A DNA stretch of 64,000 nucleotides, taken from Elusimicrobiota bacterium (GTDB lineage: Bacteria; Elusimicrobiota; Elusimicrobia; F11). Position 1 is the stretch's first letter. Each line of letters opens with the position of its first letter. This document shows positions 38,617-49,650 of this stretch, one piece after another. The stretch is taken from positions 448,001-512,000 of the forward strand of contig JBGAON010000001.1 in assembly GCA_044221725.1 (NCBI GenBank). Direction: 5' to 3'. A program made the translations under genes and the position numbers. The notes below the pieces were generated by a model that saw only the letters and a program-made list of their open reading frames with translations, had not been told where the DNA came from and ran no database searches.

Positions 38617-38690
38617 TCGTCATCCTGGAATGTCTCAATCCAGGGCCCATTTGAAAATGGATCCTGGCTTAAAGCATGCCAGGATGACGA
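38617..38690. repeat. Palindromic element, GTCATCC family (intergenic)
   Basis: Perfect 12-bp IR TCGTCATCCTGG / CCAGGATGACGA. Confidence 0.85.
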
Positions 38691-38705
38691 ATTAGACGAA
38701 TTGAA

Positions 38706-39263
38706 ATGCTTCGCCTTGTCGTTGGGCTCGGGAATCCAACTCCAGCCTACAACCACACGCGGCACAATGTGGGTCGGGAGTTCATAGAGTTTCTCGCGGA
38801 AGAAGCCAAAGAAAGTTTCAAAAAAAGTCGGCAGGCGGAAACATTCCGTCTGCCGATTTTTGTTGGTGCGAAGCTTTTGTGCTTCATGAACGAATCCGGC
38901 GGGCCGATCAAGAAACTCATGGAAACCGAACAAGCAAAGCCCGACGAGATCCTCGTGGTCGTGGACGATTTCATGATTCCGTTCGGAACGTTGCGGTTGC
39001 GGCCCGGTGGTTCCTCGGGCGGTCACAACGGGCTCAATTCGACGATTGATCATTTGGGTACGGACCAATTTCCGCGGTTGCGCGTTGGCGTGGGCCCGGT
39101 CCCCGCGGGACAAGACCCGGCCGATTTTGTTTTAAGGAAGTTCACACGCGATGAGCAAACACAATTGCCCAAAATCTACGCGGCCGCCAAACAGGGAATC
39201 GATGTGCTCGTGACGGACGGCGTTCAAAAAGCTATGAACGCAATGAACAAATCTTACGTATGA
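38706..39263 (+). CDS. pth: Peptidyl-tRNA hydrolase
   Basis: VGLGNP, TRHNVG, FMNESG, GGHNGL, RLRVGVG. Confidence 0.96.
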   Translation: MLRLVVGLGNPTPAYNHTRHNVGREFIEFLAEEAKESFKKSRQAETFRLPIFVGAKLLCFMNESGGPIKKLMETEQAKPDEILVVVDDFMIPFGTLRLRPGGSSGGHNGLNSTIDHLGTDQFPRLRVGVGPVPAGQDPADFVLRKFTRDEQTQLPKIYAAAKQGIDVLVTDGVQKAMNAMNKSYV

Positions 39264-42200
39264 CGACGAAAACAGCGCCCTTTGTCCATTTGCACAACCA
39301 CTCCGAGTACAGTTTGCTCGATGGCGCCGCGCGTCTCACCGACGACAAAGGAAAACCTTCCGAATTTATTCAAACGATGGCCAAGATGGGCTACACGGCG
39401 CTCGCGCTCACCGATCATGGCAATCTTTTCGGTGCAATTGAGTTCTACAAGGTCTGCAAAGAAGTTGGCATCAAACCGATCATCGGGATGGAAGCCTATT
39501 TGGCTCCGAGTTCGCGGTTCGACAAAGAAGCGCGTCTTGGCGAGGCGGCGTATCATTTGACGTTGCTCGCGTACACGCGCGAAGGCTACGAGAATCTCAT
39601 GAAGCTTTCGTCGACGGCCTATCTCGAGGGATTCCACTACAAGCCGCGCGTCGACAAAGACATCTTGGCCAAGCACGCGAAAGGCATTATGGGTTTCTCC
39701 GGTTGTTTGAAAGGCGAAATTCCCGTCGCGCTTCGCGCTGGAAACTTTGAAGCCGCCAAAAGTTTGGTGGAGCAATACAAAGGGATTTTTGGTCCGGCGC
39801 ATTTCTATTTGGAAGTCATGGATCACGGACTCGAGATGCAGAAAGAACTTCTGCCGAAACTCATGGAGCTCAGCAAGGCCACCGGTACGCCGCTCGTGGC
39901 CACGAACGATTGTCATTATTTCAAACGCGATGACCATGTCGCGCACGACGTTGTGCTTTGTATTGGCACCGGGAAGAAAATCACCGACGAGAAACGCATG
40001 AAGTACGGCGCGCCCGAGTTTTATTACAAGCCGCCCGAGGACATGATGAAGAAGTTTAAAGATCTTCCGGACGCTCTCTCCGCCACGCTCGCCATTGCCG
40101 AGCAGTGCGAAATGAAAATTGATTTCGATCAGCTGCTTCTTCCGCGTTACGAGGTTCCGGTCGGTGACACGCCCGAATCTTATTTGAAGCGGCTCTGCTT
40201 GGAAGGGCTCACCCGTCGCAAGGGTCATATTCCGGACAATTATCGTCAGCGGCTCGAAATGGAACTCGGTGTCATTAACAAGATGGGTTTCGCGCCGTAC
40301 TTTTTAATTGTGTGGGATTTCATTCACTTCGCGCGCCAAAACGGTATCCCGGTTGGTCCAGGCCGTGGCAGCGGCGCCGGAAGTCTGGTGGCCTACAGCC
40401 TGGCGATCACGTCGATTGATCCGATTGAAAATGGACTTCTTTTCGAACGGTTCTTGAACCCGGACCGTCGCTCGATGCCCGACCTTGATATCGATTTCTC
40501 CGACGATGGTCGCGACCAAGTGATTCAGTACGTGCGCAAAAAATACGGTGAAAATTGCGTGGCGCAAATTATTACGTTCGGTTCCATGCTCGCGCGCGGT
40601 GTTGTGCGTGATGTGGGTCGCGTGCTCGAGATGCCGCTTCCAGAGGTGGACAAAATCGCCGGGCTCATTCCGCGCGAGCTCGGTATCACCATTGACGCAG
40701 CGATGCAAAGCGTCCCCGAGCTGAAACAGCTTTACAAAACGAACGCCGAGGTGACGCGGCTCATCGATCTCGCAAAAAAACTTGAAGGGCTGAAGCGCCA
40801 TACCGGCGTGCACGCGGCCGGCACCGTGATATCACCGACGGACATCACGGCCTTCACTCCGCTCTCGAAAAACAACAAAGACATCGTGACGACGCAATTC
40901 GACGGTGAAACGCTCGGTAAGCTTGGTCTTCTTAAAGTTGACTTTCTCGGTTTGCGCACGCTGACCGTCATTCGCGATGCGCTGAACTTGATTCACAAAC
41001 GCCACGGGCCGGCGTTTGATCTTGACAAAATTCCTGTTGATGACAAGGCAACCTACAGTTTGTTGTGCCGGGCCGACGTGTCGGGTGTGTTCCAGTTGGA
41101 ATCGGGCGGAATGCGGGATTTGTTGCGGAAACTAAAGCCCGCGAGCTTGTCGGATATCACGGCGCTCATCTCGCTCTTCCGACCGGGCCCGATGGGTTCT
41201 GGTATGTTGGACGAATTCGTTGCGCGCAAAAACGATCCGTCGAAAATCAAATTCGACCATCCGCTCATGAAGCCGATCTTGGAAGAAACGTACGGTATCA
41301 TGGTTTATCAGGAGCAAGTCATGCGCATATCGCAAGCGCTCGCCGGTTTCACGCCCGGCGAAGCTGACGGTTTGCGCAAAGCGATGGGAAAAAAGATCAA
41401 AGAAGAACTCGAGAAGCAGCGCGGCAAATTTATTGATGGTGCGGCGAAGAACAACATCAAAGAGAAACTCGCGAACGATATTTTTGACCTGATGGTGCAC
41501 TTCGGAGGTTACGGCTTCAACAAAAGCCACGCGTCCGCCTACGGCCTCATTTCGTATCAGACCGCGTACTTGAAAGCGAATTTCCCAGTCGAATACATGG
41601 CGGCGTTGTGCACGAACGAAATTGGGCGTTCCACAATGGCGTCCAAGGAAGAAGAGTCCAAGCTGGTTGGATATTTAAGCGATTGCCGCGATATGAACAT
41701 CGAAGTGTTGCCGCCCGATGTGCAAATTTCCGAAGCCACATTCACCGTTGAAAGTGCTGTGAACGCAACAAAGCCGCTGCTTCGATTTGGTTTGCTTGCG
41801 ATTAAAAACGTCGGCACGGGCGCTGTTGAATCGATTGTGAAAGCGCGCGGCGACGGGCGTTTCGAATCGCTGCAAGATTTTTGTTCGCGCATCGACACGC
41901 GGCTCGCGAACAAGCGCGTTGTGGAATCGCTGATCAAAGCCGGCGCGGTCGACCATATGTTGAATCTTCCGCCACGCCAAGCGAGGCCACGTCTCATCGA
42001 AGGGGTCGATGCCGCTCTTTCCGCAAGCGCGAAGCTGAAACAAGATGCTGACTTTGCCGAGCAATCGTTGTTCGGCGAAATCGAAATTAAATCGATGACA
42101 AAAGTGCCATCGATTCAAATGAACTCCACGGCCGAATGGACCCAGGAAGCGCTGCTGCAAAATGAGAAAGAAGTGTTGGGGCTTTATTTGTCGGGGCATC

Positions 42201-42850
42201 CTCTCACTCGTTTTCGTGATGAAATGGCCAGTTACACGACCTGTACCATGGGCAAATTGCCGGATTCGGGAACCGTTCGCGTCGCCGGCCACGTTCTCTC
42301 CGTGCGCCGCATGACGACCAAAAAAGGGCACTTGATGGCGCGCTTTGTGCTTGAGGACTTGGAGGGCGAGTTGGAAATAACGATTTTCCCGAAAGGACTT
42401 ACGCCAGAGGTAAACGCGCTGTTGGCGCCAGGCGCCATGCTCGTCGTGAAAGGACAGGTGGAGACGCGCGAGGGGGGTGACACCGGTGGCGGTCGTCAGC
42501 TGTTGGCCGAGGAAGTAATTTCGTTTTTGTCGGCACGCGACCGGTTCGTTCGATTGCTAAACGTCACGGTGAAAGAAGATGCCGACGACGCGTTGTTTAA
42601 CCAGCTGAAAGAACTTTTTGGTAAATATCCGGGACTTTGCCGCGTGAACATTGTTATGCCGTCATCGGAAGGCGACACGGTCATCGAAACACGCACCGGC
42701 ATCAAACCGTCCGATGCGTTTATTGCGGAATTGGAAAAGATCGTTGGGCCCGATTGCTGGTCCTTCGGGAAAAAGGTAGGAAGCGCTCCGGCGCCCGATA
42801 AAAGATCATCCTCGCGGAACGTCAAAGAACTTTCTGGTGCTTCCGCCTAA
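39260..42850 (+). CDS. dnaE: DNA polymerase III alpha subunit
   Basis: HLHNHSEYSLLDG, GPGRGSGAGS, FERFLNP.R.SMPDLDIDF, YGFNKSH. Confidence 0.97.
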   Translation: MTTKTAPFVHLHNHSEYSLLDGAARLTDDKGKPSEFIQTMAKMGYTALALTDHGNLFGAIEFYKVCKEVGIKPIIGMEAYLAPSSRFDKEARLGEAAYHLTLLAYTREGYENLMKLSSTAYLEGFHYKPRVDKDILAKHAKGIMGFSGCLKGEIPVALRAGNFEAAKSLVEQYKGIFGPAHFYLEVMDHGLEMQKELLPKLMELSKATGTPLVATNDCHYFKRDDHVAHDVVLCIGTGKKITDEKRMKYGAPEFYYKPPEDMMKKFKDLPDALSATLAIAEQCEMKIDFDQLLLPRYEVPVGDTPESYLKRLCLEGLTRRKGHIPDNYRQRLEMELGVINKMGFAPYFLIVWDFIHFARQNGIPVGPGRGSGAGSLVAYSLAITSIDPIENGLLFERFLNPDRRSMPDLDIDFSDDGRDQVIQYVRKKYGENCVAQIITFGSMLARGVVRDVGRVLEMPLPEVDKIAGLIPRELGITIDAAMQSVPELKQLYKTNAEVTRLIDLAKKLEGLKRHTGVHAAGTVISPTDITAFTPLSKNNKDIVTTQFDGETLGKLGLLKVDFLGLRTLTVIRDALNLIHKRHGPAFDLDKIPVDDKATYSLLCRADVSGVFQLESGGMRDLLRKLKPASLSDITALISLFRPGPMGSGMLDEFVARKNDPSKIKFDHPLMKPILEETYGIMVYQEQVMRISQALAGFTPGEADGLRKAMGKKIKEELEKQRGKFIDGAAKNNIKEKLANDIFDLMVHFGGYGFNKSHASAYGLISYQTAYLKANFPVEYMAALCTNEIGRSTMASKEEESKLVGYLSDCRDMNIEVLPPDVQISEATFTVESAVNATKPLLRFGLLAIKNVGTGAVESIVKARGDGRFESLQDFCSRIDTRLANKRVVESLIKAGAVDHMLNLPPRQARPRLIEGVDAALSASAKLKQDADFAEQSLFGEIEIKSMTKVPSIQMNSTAEWTQEALLQNEKEVLGLYLSGHPLTRFRDEMASYTTCTMGKLPDSGTVRVAGHVLSVRRMTTKKGHLMARFVLEDLEGELEITIFPKGLTPEVNALLAPGAMLVVKGQVETREGGDTGGGRQLLAEEVISFLSARDRFVRLLNVTVKEDADDALFNQLKELFGKYPGLCRVNIVMPSSEGDTVIETRTGIKPSDAFIAELEKIVGPDCWSFGKKVGSAPAPDKRSSSRNVKELSGASA

Positions 42851-42863
42851 AAAAGGAGAATTC

Positions 42864-43223
42864 GTGGCCGATATTTTGGTTGCTGACGACGAAGAAGTGC
42901 TTCTCGAGTTGATCCGTTTTAGTTTGGCTTCGGCTGGACACAGCGTGACCGCCGTGAAGAACGGGAAAATGGCAGTGGATGAATCGCGCAAGAAGAAGTT
43001 CGATCTTATTGTGATGGATGTGATGATGCCGGTGTTGGACGGATATCATGCGGCGTCCGAAATAAATCAAGATCCGAAGGCACCGCCGATTTTGCTTTTA
43101 ACGTCGCGCGACTACGATCAAGACCAAGCTGCTATCAAAGGCTCCGGCGTATCGGCGTTTCTGTCGAAGCCGTTCGAGGTCAATGAACTTTTGGAGACGA
43201 TCGCTACACTGGTAAAAAAATGA
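42864..43223 (+). CDS. Single-domain response regulator
   Basis: ILVADD, MDVMMP, LT, KPF; AAGGAG RBS before GTG. Confidence 0.9.
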   Translation: MADILVADDEEVLLELIRFSLASAGHSVTAVKNGKMAVDESRKKKFDLIVMDVMMPVLDGYHAASEINQDPKAPPILLLTSRDYDQDQAAIKGSGVSAFLSKPFEVNELLETIATLVKK

Positions 43224-43954
43224 AGTTTTTAAAGCAATTTTCATTTGTCGCTGCACTTTCCCTCGGTGGTTCGATTATCCATGGCCGCGAAGCGGTAAAG
43301 ACGAGCGAGAGCACATCGGTCGAGTTGATTGATACACCGACGCCCGATGCGGTTGACCATTACGGATATTATGTGTCGTTTCGTTTCGGGAAGGACGGTA
43401 ATCTCCAGAACAAAACGATTTTTGGCGTTTTCCCGCGCCTGAATCTCGGTTTTGGTTTGGATGGTGAGCGCATTTTGGGCACCGGCGACGCGCGTTTGAA
43501 CAAGCCCACGATCAATTTGAAATTGCGCGCGTTCGATGGAAAAGGCCTCCTCCCCGCGGTGGCATTGGGGTACGATGGCCAGGGCTATCATTACAACAAG
43601 ACCGAAGACGAATATGAGCAGCGCCAAAAAGGTTTTTATTTGGTCGGCGGCTGGCATCCGTTTACACCCGATTTGAGCTGGACGCTCGGCATGGACGTGT
43701 TTGATTTCGACACCGGAAATTCGGTCCGCGGTTTTACCGGATTGACCTACACGTACCAGAAATTAGTTGGTTTTATGTTTGAATACGACAACTTTGATGA
43801 TTATAAGGATCGACGCTTAAATTTTGGAGCAAAGGTATACATAACGCCGGTATTTACGGTAGATTTGGTCGGTCGCGACGTTCCTAAGACATTTCGAAGC
43901 GACGAACGCGAAACCGAGCGCGTTATTCGACTGACCTATACCGGATCGTTTTAA
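43220..43954 (+). CDS. Probable outer-membrane beta-barrel (YjbH-like)
   Basis: Signal peptide, LIDTPT, PAVALG, C-terminal YTGSF. Confidence 0.6.
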   Translation: MKFLKQFSFVAALSLGGSIIHGREAVKTSESTSVELIDTPTPDAVDHYGYYVSFRFGKDGNLQNKTIFGVFPRLNLGFGLDGERILGTGDARLNKPTINLKLRAFDGKGLLPAVALGYDGQGYHYNKTEDEYEQRQKGFYLVGGWHPFTPDLSWTLGMDVFDFDTGNSVRGFTGLTYTYQKLVGFMFEYDNFDDYKDRRLNFGAKVYITPVFTVDLVGRDVPKTFRSDERETERVIRLTYTGSF

Positions 43955-43957
43955 ATT

Positions 43958-44869
43958 GTGACAATGGCCCTCTTAATGGAAGAAAAGCCTCAAACATCTC
44001 AAACCTCTCCACTGCTCACGCCGTGGCAACGGGTTCAGCTCGCGCGCAACCCAAAGCGTCCCTATTTTGGCGACTACATCCCACGGCTGTTTGACGATTT
44101 TATGGAGCTTCATGGCGACCGCGCGTTTGCGGACGACGCTGCGCTCATGGGCGGTCTCGCGAAAATCGATGGGCAGTCCGTTGTGGTTATTGGCCATAAG
44201 AAAGGCCGCACGCTGCAAGAATCGCTCGAACAAAATTTCGGAATGCCGCACCCCGAAGGGTATCGAAAGGCGTTGCGGCTCATGAAACTTGCCGAGCAAT
44301 TTCATTTGCCGGTTTTGGCGTTCGTCGACACGTCGGGTGCTTATCCCGGAATTGGCGCCGAGGAGCGCGGACAAGCCGAAGCAATTGCCCGCAACTTGCG
44401 GGAAATGGCGGCGCTTAAAGTGCCGATCATCGTGACAGTGATTGGAGAAGGCGGATCGGGCGGGGCGCTCGCTATTGCTGTTGGCGACACGATTTTGATG
44501 CTCGAGAACGCGTGGTATTCGGTGATCTCTCCCGAAGGCTGTGCGGCCATTCTTTTTCATGACGCGTCCAAAGCCGAAGTGGCGGCCAAGGCGCTTAAAA
44601 TTACCGCCGAAGACTTGAAGAAGCTCGGCGTCATCGACGAGATTATTACCGAGCCGGCCGGTGGCGCGCACAACGATCCCGATGGCACCGCCGCGAACCT
44701 TAAACAAGCAATTCTTAAGTCGTTGAAGTCACTTTGTAATGTTCCTACCGAAAAACTTCTGAAAGACAGATTCGAAAAATTTCGTAAGATCGGCGCCTGG
44801 CAAGAGAGCAAAGCCGCTTCAACCGCGGTACCTTCCTCACCCCGCCAAACAAAAAAGAAAAAAACCTGA
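43958..44869 (+). CDS. accA: Acetyl-CoA carboxylase carboxyltransferase alpha
   Basis: [42 protein letters not shown]. Confidence 0.97.
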   Translation: MTMALLMEEKPQTSQTSPLLTPWQRVQLARNPKRPYFGDYIPRLFDDFMELHGDRAFADDAALMGGLAKIDGQSVVVIGHKKGRTLQESLEQNFGMPHPEGYRKALRLMKLAEQFHLPVLAFVDTSGAYPGIGAEERGQAEAIARNLREMAALKVPIIVTVIGEGGSGGALAIAVGDTILMLENAWYSVISPEGCAAILFHDASKAEVAAKALKITAEDLKKLGVIDEIITEPAGGAHNDPDGTAANLKQAILKSLKSLCNVPTEKLLKDRFEKFRKIGAWQESKAASTAVPSSPRQTKKKKT

Positions 44870-44881
44870 AGTAATTCAGAA

Positions 44882-44910
44882 TCGTCTCCCCCGCGTAGGC
44901 GAGGGTCCAG
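44882..44910. repeat. Single-arm remnant of the palindromic element family
   Basis: TCGTCTCCCCCGCGTAGGCGAGGGTCCAG resembles the arm at 49564. Confidence 0.6.
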
Positions 44911-44948
44911 ACACACAAATACTTCATTACATATTAAGGAGAAAGATA

Positions 44949-45998
44949 ATGTCGTTAGATATTGAAGCGCTATTGGGAAAAGAAGCCAAATCGCTGTTGG
45001 AACACAAAGCGAAGATCCCAAAAGAATCCTTGCACCTGCCGACGCCCGATTACGTAAGCCAGATGTATGGCTTGTCCGACCGTCCGACGCCGGTTCTAAA
45101 GAACCTCCAAGCGCTTTTTGATAATGGGCGCCTTCGTGGCACCGGATATCTTTCGATCTTGCCTGTCGATCAAGGCATCGAACACTCTGCGGCCGCGTCG
45201 TTTGCTCCAAATCCGATGTACTTCGATCCAGAAAATATCGTGAAGCTCGCCATCGAAGGCGGTGCGAACGCGGTGGCATCGACGCTGGGCGTGCTTGGTT
45301 CCGTTGCCCGCAAATACGCGCACAAAATTCCGTTTATCTTAAAAATCAATCACAACGAAATCCTGTCGTATCCGAACACATTCGACCAAACAATGTACGG
45401 TAGCGTGAAGCAGGCGTACGATATGGGCGCGGTTGCGATTGGCGCCACGATTTATTTTGGTTCCGCCGAATCCCGTCGTCAAATTTGGGAAGTGAGCCAA
45501 GCGTTTCAACACGCGCACGAGCTCGGTATGACAACAATCCTTTGGTGCTACACGCGCAACAACGCGTTCAAAACCAAAGAGAAAGACTATCACGTGTCGG
45601 CGGATTTGACGGGCCAAGCGAATCATCTCGGTGTCACCATCGAAGCCGATATCATCAAGCAGAAACTTCCGGAGAACAACGGCGGCTACACAGCGCTCAA
45701 CTTCGGAAAAACGCACAAAAAAGTTTACACCGATCTCACAACCGATCACCCGATCGATCTTACGCGTTATCAGGTGCTCAATTGCTATTCGGGCCGAGCG
45801 GGTCTTATTAACTCGGGCGGTGCTTCGGGCGACAACGATTTCGCCGAAGCCGTGAAAACCGCGATCATCAACAAGCGTGCGGGCGGCATGGGTCTCATCT
45901 CGGGCCGCAAAGCGTTCCAGCGTCCGATGGCCGAAGGTGTGAAGCTCTTGAACACGATCCAGGACGTTTATCTGTCGAAGCAAGTTACCATCGCTTAA
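44949..45998 (+). CDS. fbaB: Class I fructose-bisphosphate aldolase
   Basis: [36 protein letters not shown]. Confidence 0.96.
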   Translation: MSLDIEALLGKEAKSLLEHKAKIPKESLHLPTPDYVSQMYGLSDRPTPVLKNLQALFDNGRLRGTGYLSILPVDQGIEHSAAASFAPNPMYFDPENIVKLAIEGGANAVASTLGVLGSVARKYAHKIPFILKINHNEILSYPNTFDQTMYGSVKQAYDMGAVAIGATIYFGSAESRRQIWEVSQAFQHAHELGMTTILWCYTRNNAFKTKEKDYHVSADLTGQANHLGVTIEADIIKQKLPENNGGYTALNFGKTHKKVYTDLTTDHPIDLTRYQVLNCYSGRAGLINSGGASGDNDFAEAVKTAIINKRAGGMGLISGRKAFQRPMAEGVKLLNTIQDVYLSKQVTIA

Positions 45999-45999
45999 C

Positions 46000-47031
46000 A
46001 TGGCACAGAAAATCGGAATTCTCACAGGCGGCGGAGACTGCCCGGGTTTAAACCCAGCAATTCGCGGTGCCGTGATGCGTGGTTTGGATCACGGTTTTGA
46101 GTTCGTTGGTCTTCTTGAAGGTTGGAGAGGCTTGGTCGAAGGAAATTCGCGGCCATTGTCACTCGAAGACGTTCAAGATATTGCGAAGTTGGGCGGAACC
46201 ATTCTTAAAACATCGCGCACAAACCCGTTCAAGAAAGAAGGCGCCGTTGAAAAGTGCCTCGCGAATTTCAAGAAATTGAAGTTGGATGCGCTGATCGCGA
46301 TGGGGGGCGAAGACACGCTCGGTGTGGCCACAAAACTTTTCGAACAGCACAAGGTAAATGTCGTCGGTGTTCCAAAAACGATGGACAATGATTTGTCGTC
46401 GACCGACTTTACGTTTGGTTTTGATACGGCCACCGCGATTGCCGTTGATGCGGCCGAGCGACTGAAGGACACCGGAGCGAGCCACTCGCGCATTATGGTC
46501 CTTGAAGTGATGGGGCGTCACGCCGGTTGGGTGGCGCTTTACACGGGTCTTGCATCCGCTGCCGATTGGATTTTGTTACCCGAAGAAGAACCGCAGATCG
46601 ACAGGATGTGCGAGCATTTGAAGAAAGCGCACGCGCGCAAAGGCGTGGCGCTCGTGGTCGCTTCCGAAGGAACCGAACTTCCGCAGTACAAGAATGTAAA
46701 ACAACAGCTCGATCAGTTCGGTCACATGTTGCTTAAAGATCGTGGCGTGGGAGACGACCTCGCGAAATTGATTGAAGAGAAAACAAAGATTGAAACTCGT
46801 TCGGCGACCATTGGTCACATTCAACGGGGAGGAGCGCCGTCGCTCTTCGATCGAATTCTTGGTCTTCGCGTCGGAGCGGCCGCCGCTGACCTGATTGCGA
46901 AGAAAGATTTTGGAAAGATGGTGGCGTTGCGCGGCACCGACGTTGTACCCGTTCCGCTTAAAGAAGCCACGGGCACGCTGAAAGTTGTGACATCCGAGTG
47001 GCTCAAGCTTGCTGAGGTCTTTTGGAAATAG
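46000..47031 (+). CDS. PfkA-family phosphofructokinase, probably PPi-dependent
   Basis: GGDCPG, GGEDT, PKTMDND, EVMGR, GHIQRGG. Confidence 0.9.
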   Translation: MAQKIGILTGGGDCPGLNPAIRGAVMRGLDHGFEFVGLLEGWRGLVEGNSRPLSLEDVQDIAKLGGTILKTSRTNPFKKEGAVEKCLANFKKLKLDALIAMGGEDTLGVATKLFEQHKVNVVGVPKTMDNDLSSTDFTFGFDTATAIAVDAAERLKDTGASHSRIMVLEVMGRHAGWVALYTGLASAADWILLPEEEPQIDRMCEHLKKAHARKGVALVVASEGTELPQYKNVKQQLDQFGHMLLKDRGVGDDLAKLIEEKTKIETRSATIGHIQRGGAPSLFDRILGLRVGAAAADLIAKKDFGKMVALRGTDVVPVPLKEATGTLKVVTSEWLKLAEVFWK

Positions 47032-47043
47032 GAGTATCTTTGC

Positions 47044-47334
47044 ATGGGTGAACCCATTCGCCATCCCGATCAAGAGAGAGTTAAAAACCTCGTAGAAAAA
47101 ATTCTTAAGAATCGAAGGAAAACGGCCGATTGGAGCGTGCAGATGATGGAGTACGAATTCTTGCGCGGCATGTATCGTGTTCGCCTTTCGCTTGAAGAGA
47201 ATACCGTTGTTGCGAATCTTCCCGCCGAACTTATCGATGAAACCGTTCATGGGGACAATCAATCGCGGCGTCGAATCCAGCACGCGCTGCGTGATGCGGT
47301 GAAAAGTTTCTATGACCTCCAAGACGAGGATTAA
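47044..47334 (+). CDS. Hypothetical protein
   Basis: AGGAG RBS; fills the operon gap. Confidence 0.65.
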   Translation: MGEPIRHPDQERVKNLVEKILKNRRKTADWSVQMMEYEFLRGMYRVRLSLEENTVVANLPAELIDETVHGDNQSRRRIQHALRDAVKSFYDLQDED

Positions 47335-47745
47335 GTGGCTGTTTCCCATGAATTTGAATTCCGCATTGCTTACGCCGATACCGATCGGATGGGCGTCGTT
47401 TATTACGCGAATTATCTGACGCTGTTTGAGCGCGGTCGAACCGAACTCATGCGCAACATGGGATTTCGCTACCGTGACCTCGAAGACAAATTGAAAGTGT
47501 TCCTGCCGGTCTCCGAAGCCAATTGCCGCTATCTTCACCCCGCGAAATACGATGATCTCATTCGTGTGATTACGCGCGTGGAAAAAATGGGTGGCGCATC
47601 GATTGATTTCACGTACGAAATCATCGATGTTGAAACGAAAACAAAAATTGCCGAAGGATTTACGCGGCACCCGTTTGTGAATGAAAAATGGAAACCGGTG
47701 CGCGTTCCAGCCGATATAAGGTCCAAGTTCTCGCCAGTCAATTAA
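47335..47745 (+). CDS. Acyl-CoA thioesterase (YbgC/4HBT family)
   Basis: YADTDRMGVVYYANYL..FE.GR. Confidence 0.92.
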   Translation: MAVSHEFEFRIAYADTDRMGVVYYANYLTLFERGRTELMRNMGFRYRDLEDKLKVFLPVSEANCRYLHPAKYDDLIRVITRVEKMGGASIDFTYEIIDVETKTKIAEGFTRHPFVNEKWKPVRVPADIRSKFSPVN

Positions 47746-47755
47746 CGGCGTCTTT

Positions 47756-49546
47756 GTGAGCCCGCAGAAAGCCAAATCCGTCTCGGAAGGTTCTCCATCT
47801 TTTAACGCCTGGGACGTTGCGATCGGTCTTATCGCGTGTGCAATTGTTTTTGTTTTTCCTCTGTTCCCCGATGAAAAGTTGGTTCGATTAAAACTCGAGG
47901 CGCTTGAAATCGGTATTTTTATTTTTGCGCTCGTCGTTGGACTCAGGACGATCGTTGAATCTCTTCCCTCGATCAAAACATGGCCCGCTACGATTTACGC
48001 CATCCTCTCGTGGGTTCTCGTGACGGCGATTTTCGTGAGCACCGCAAAAGAAAAATCACAAGCGATCGTCGAGTGGCGTCGCGTGTTGTTGGCCGCCACC
48101 GCGTTTATAAGTTTTTCGTTCGCCGCGCTTTCCGCTGATTGGAAGAGACGATTTCTGCTCACGTGGATTTTTTCCGGAACGCTCGCCGCCGTTTACGGGT
48201 TGCTGCAATTTACTGGCGGTGTTGGACCCATCGGTGTTCCTCAAATGGCACGAATTATGAGCACGTTTGGAAATTCGATTTTCTTCGCGGCTTTCTTGTC
48301 GCTCACTATTTTCGTTGTGTTCGCGGCAATATCGAGCGAGCGTGTCGACGAGGTTCGCTGGCTTCTGTGCGGGACCGTGATGATTCTCGTTGTGGCTTTT
48401 TATCACGCTCAGTCGCGGGCCGGCTGGCTTGCTTTCGGTGTTGCATTTCTCGTTGGAATTCTCGCGAAGTTCGGGCGGCGAAAAATACCACCGGCTGTTT
48501 GGCTTGTGGTTTTTTTTACGATGGGCGTGTTTTATTTTAAAACGGAAAAAATTTGGAAGCGGGATCAAGCGCATTTGCTGATTTGGCGGGACACGGTGCG
48601 GATGTGGAAAGATCATCCGGTGGCCGGCGTGGGGCTGGGCGCGTTTCACACCAATTTCCCGAAATACGCGCAGTCGGATCTGGTATCAAAATGGCCGCCC
48701 GGTCAATTTATCGTAAACGAAGCGCACAACGAATACCTGCAAACATTAGCGGAGGCCGGAATTATCGGACTTTGTGCGTTTCTTATTATTCCGATTTTGT
48801 TTTTTATTTCTGAGCGGCCGTGGAATTGGCTCACCATTGGCGTGCTCGGATCTTTCTTACAGAACTTCTTTTCGGTTGACATGCGGTTCGGCGTGTCGCT
48901 TGCAAACACATTTATGTTGATGGGGTTGGTGTCCTCGCAAGAACCGGAACAGCGAGCGGCGTCGAAGAAATTAAATTTATCAATCCCGCGCGTCCTGCTC
49001 GCCGCGGCTTGGATAGTTTTCCTGGTCGGGGTTGTCTGGCCGCGCCTTATGCGTCCGTATCGCGCGCAGAAAGAAGTCGCTGCCTCATCGGATTTTTTCG
49101 ATCAGCGGTTGCTCGATCCAACAAAAACCGTGGAGGATTTGGAACGTCTCGCGGAAACGTACCCGAACGAACCGGCGGTGTTCGAACGTTTGGCGTATGT
49201 GTATGCGAAGCAAATAAAAATGCCCGACAATCGAATCGATTTACCGATGACCACAAAAGCGATCGCAACATACGAGCGACTCATCGAACTCGATCCGCGT
49301 CGTATGGGGGCGTACAACAACCTCGCAAACATTTATTACACAATCGGTCGCGTTCCGAACGCGATCCAAACGTGGCAACGCGCGCTCGCAGTGAATCCGG
49401 ATTTCACGGATATTCATTTGAATTTGGGGAAGGTTTTGTTCGTGCAGGGAAAACTCAAAGAGGCGGCGGAGCATTTCGAGAGCGTGCTTAAGAAGGATCC
49501 CTCCAATGCGGAGGCAATCGTATATATGAAGAGGATGGTCGAGTGA
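47756..49546 (+). CDS. O-antigen ligase-like membrane protein with C-terminal TPRs
   Basis: STFGN, SRAGW, HP..GVG.G.F, AHNEYLQ..AE.G. Confidence 0.85.
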   Translation: MSPQKAKSVSEGSPSFNAWDVAIGLIACAIVFVFPLFPDEKLVRLKLEALEIGIFIFALVVGLRTIVESLPSIKTWPATIYAILSWVLVTAIFVSTAKEKSQAIVEWRRVLLAATAFISFSFAALSADWKRRFLLTWIFSGTLAAVYGLLQFTGGVGPIGVPQMARIMSTFGNSIFFAAFLSLTIFVVFAAISSERVDEVRWLLCGTVMILVVAFYHAQSRAGWLAFGVAFLVGILAKFGRRKIPPAVWLVVFFTMGVFYFKTEKIWKRDQAHLLIWRDTVRMWKDHPVAGVGLGAFHTNFPKYAQSDLVSKWPPGQFIVNEAHNEYLQTLAEAGIIGLCAFLIIPILFFISERPWNWLTIGVLGSFLQNFFSVDMRFGVSLANTFMLMGLVSSQEPEQRAASKKLNLSIPRVLLAAAWIVFLVGVVWPRLMRPYRAQKEVAASSDFFDQRLLDPTKTVEDLERLAETYPNEPAVFERLAYVYAKQIKMPDNRIDLPMTTKAIATYERLIELDPRRMGAYNNLANIYYTIGRVPNAIQTWQRALAVNPDFTDIHLNLGKVLFVQGKLKEAAEHFESVLKKDPSNAEAIVYMKRMVE

Positions 49547-49563
49547 GTGTTTTGACTTTGAAA

Positions 49564-49650
49564 TCGTCGCTCCCGCGCAGGCGGGAACCCGGGTACAGTT
49601 AGACGATGCAATTCACGGTGTCTGGGCCCGCGCCTGCGCGGGAACGACGA
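49564..49650. repeat. 87-bp palindromic element across the rlmD 5' end
   Basis: TCGTCGCTCCCGCGCAGGCG / CGCCTGCGCGGGAACGACGA. Confidence 0.85.

Noticed and set aside
39260..42850. Intein in dnaE
   Set aside because: Length (1196 aa) and motif spacing are normal; no splice-junction motifs seen.
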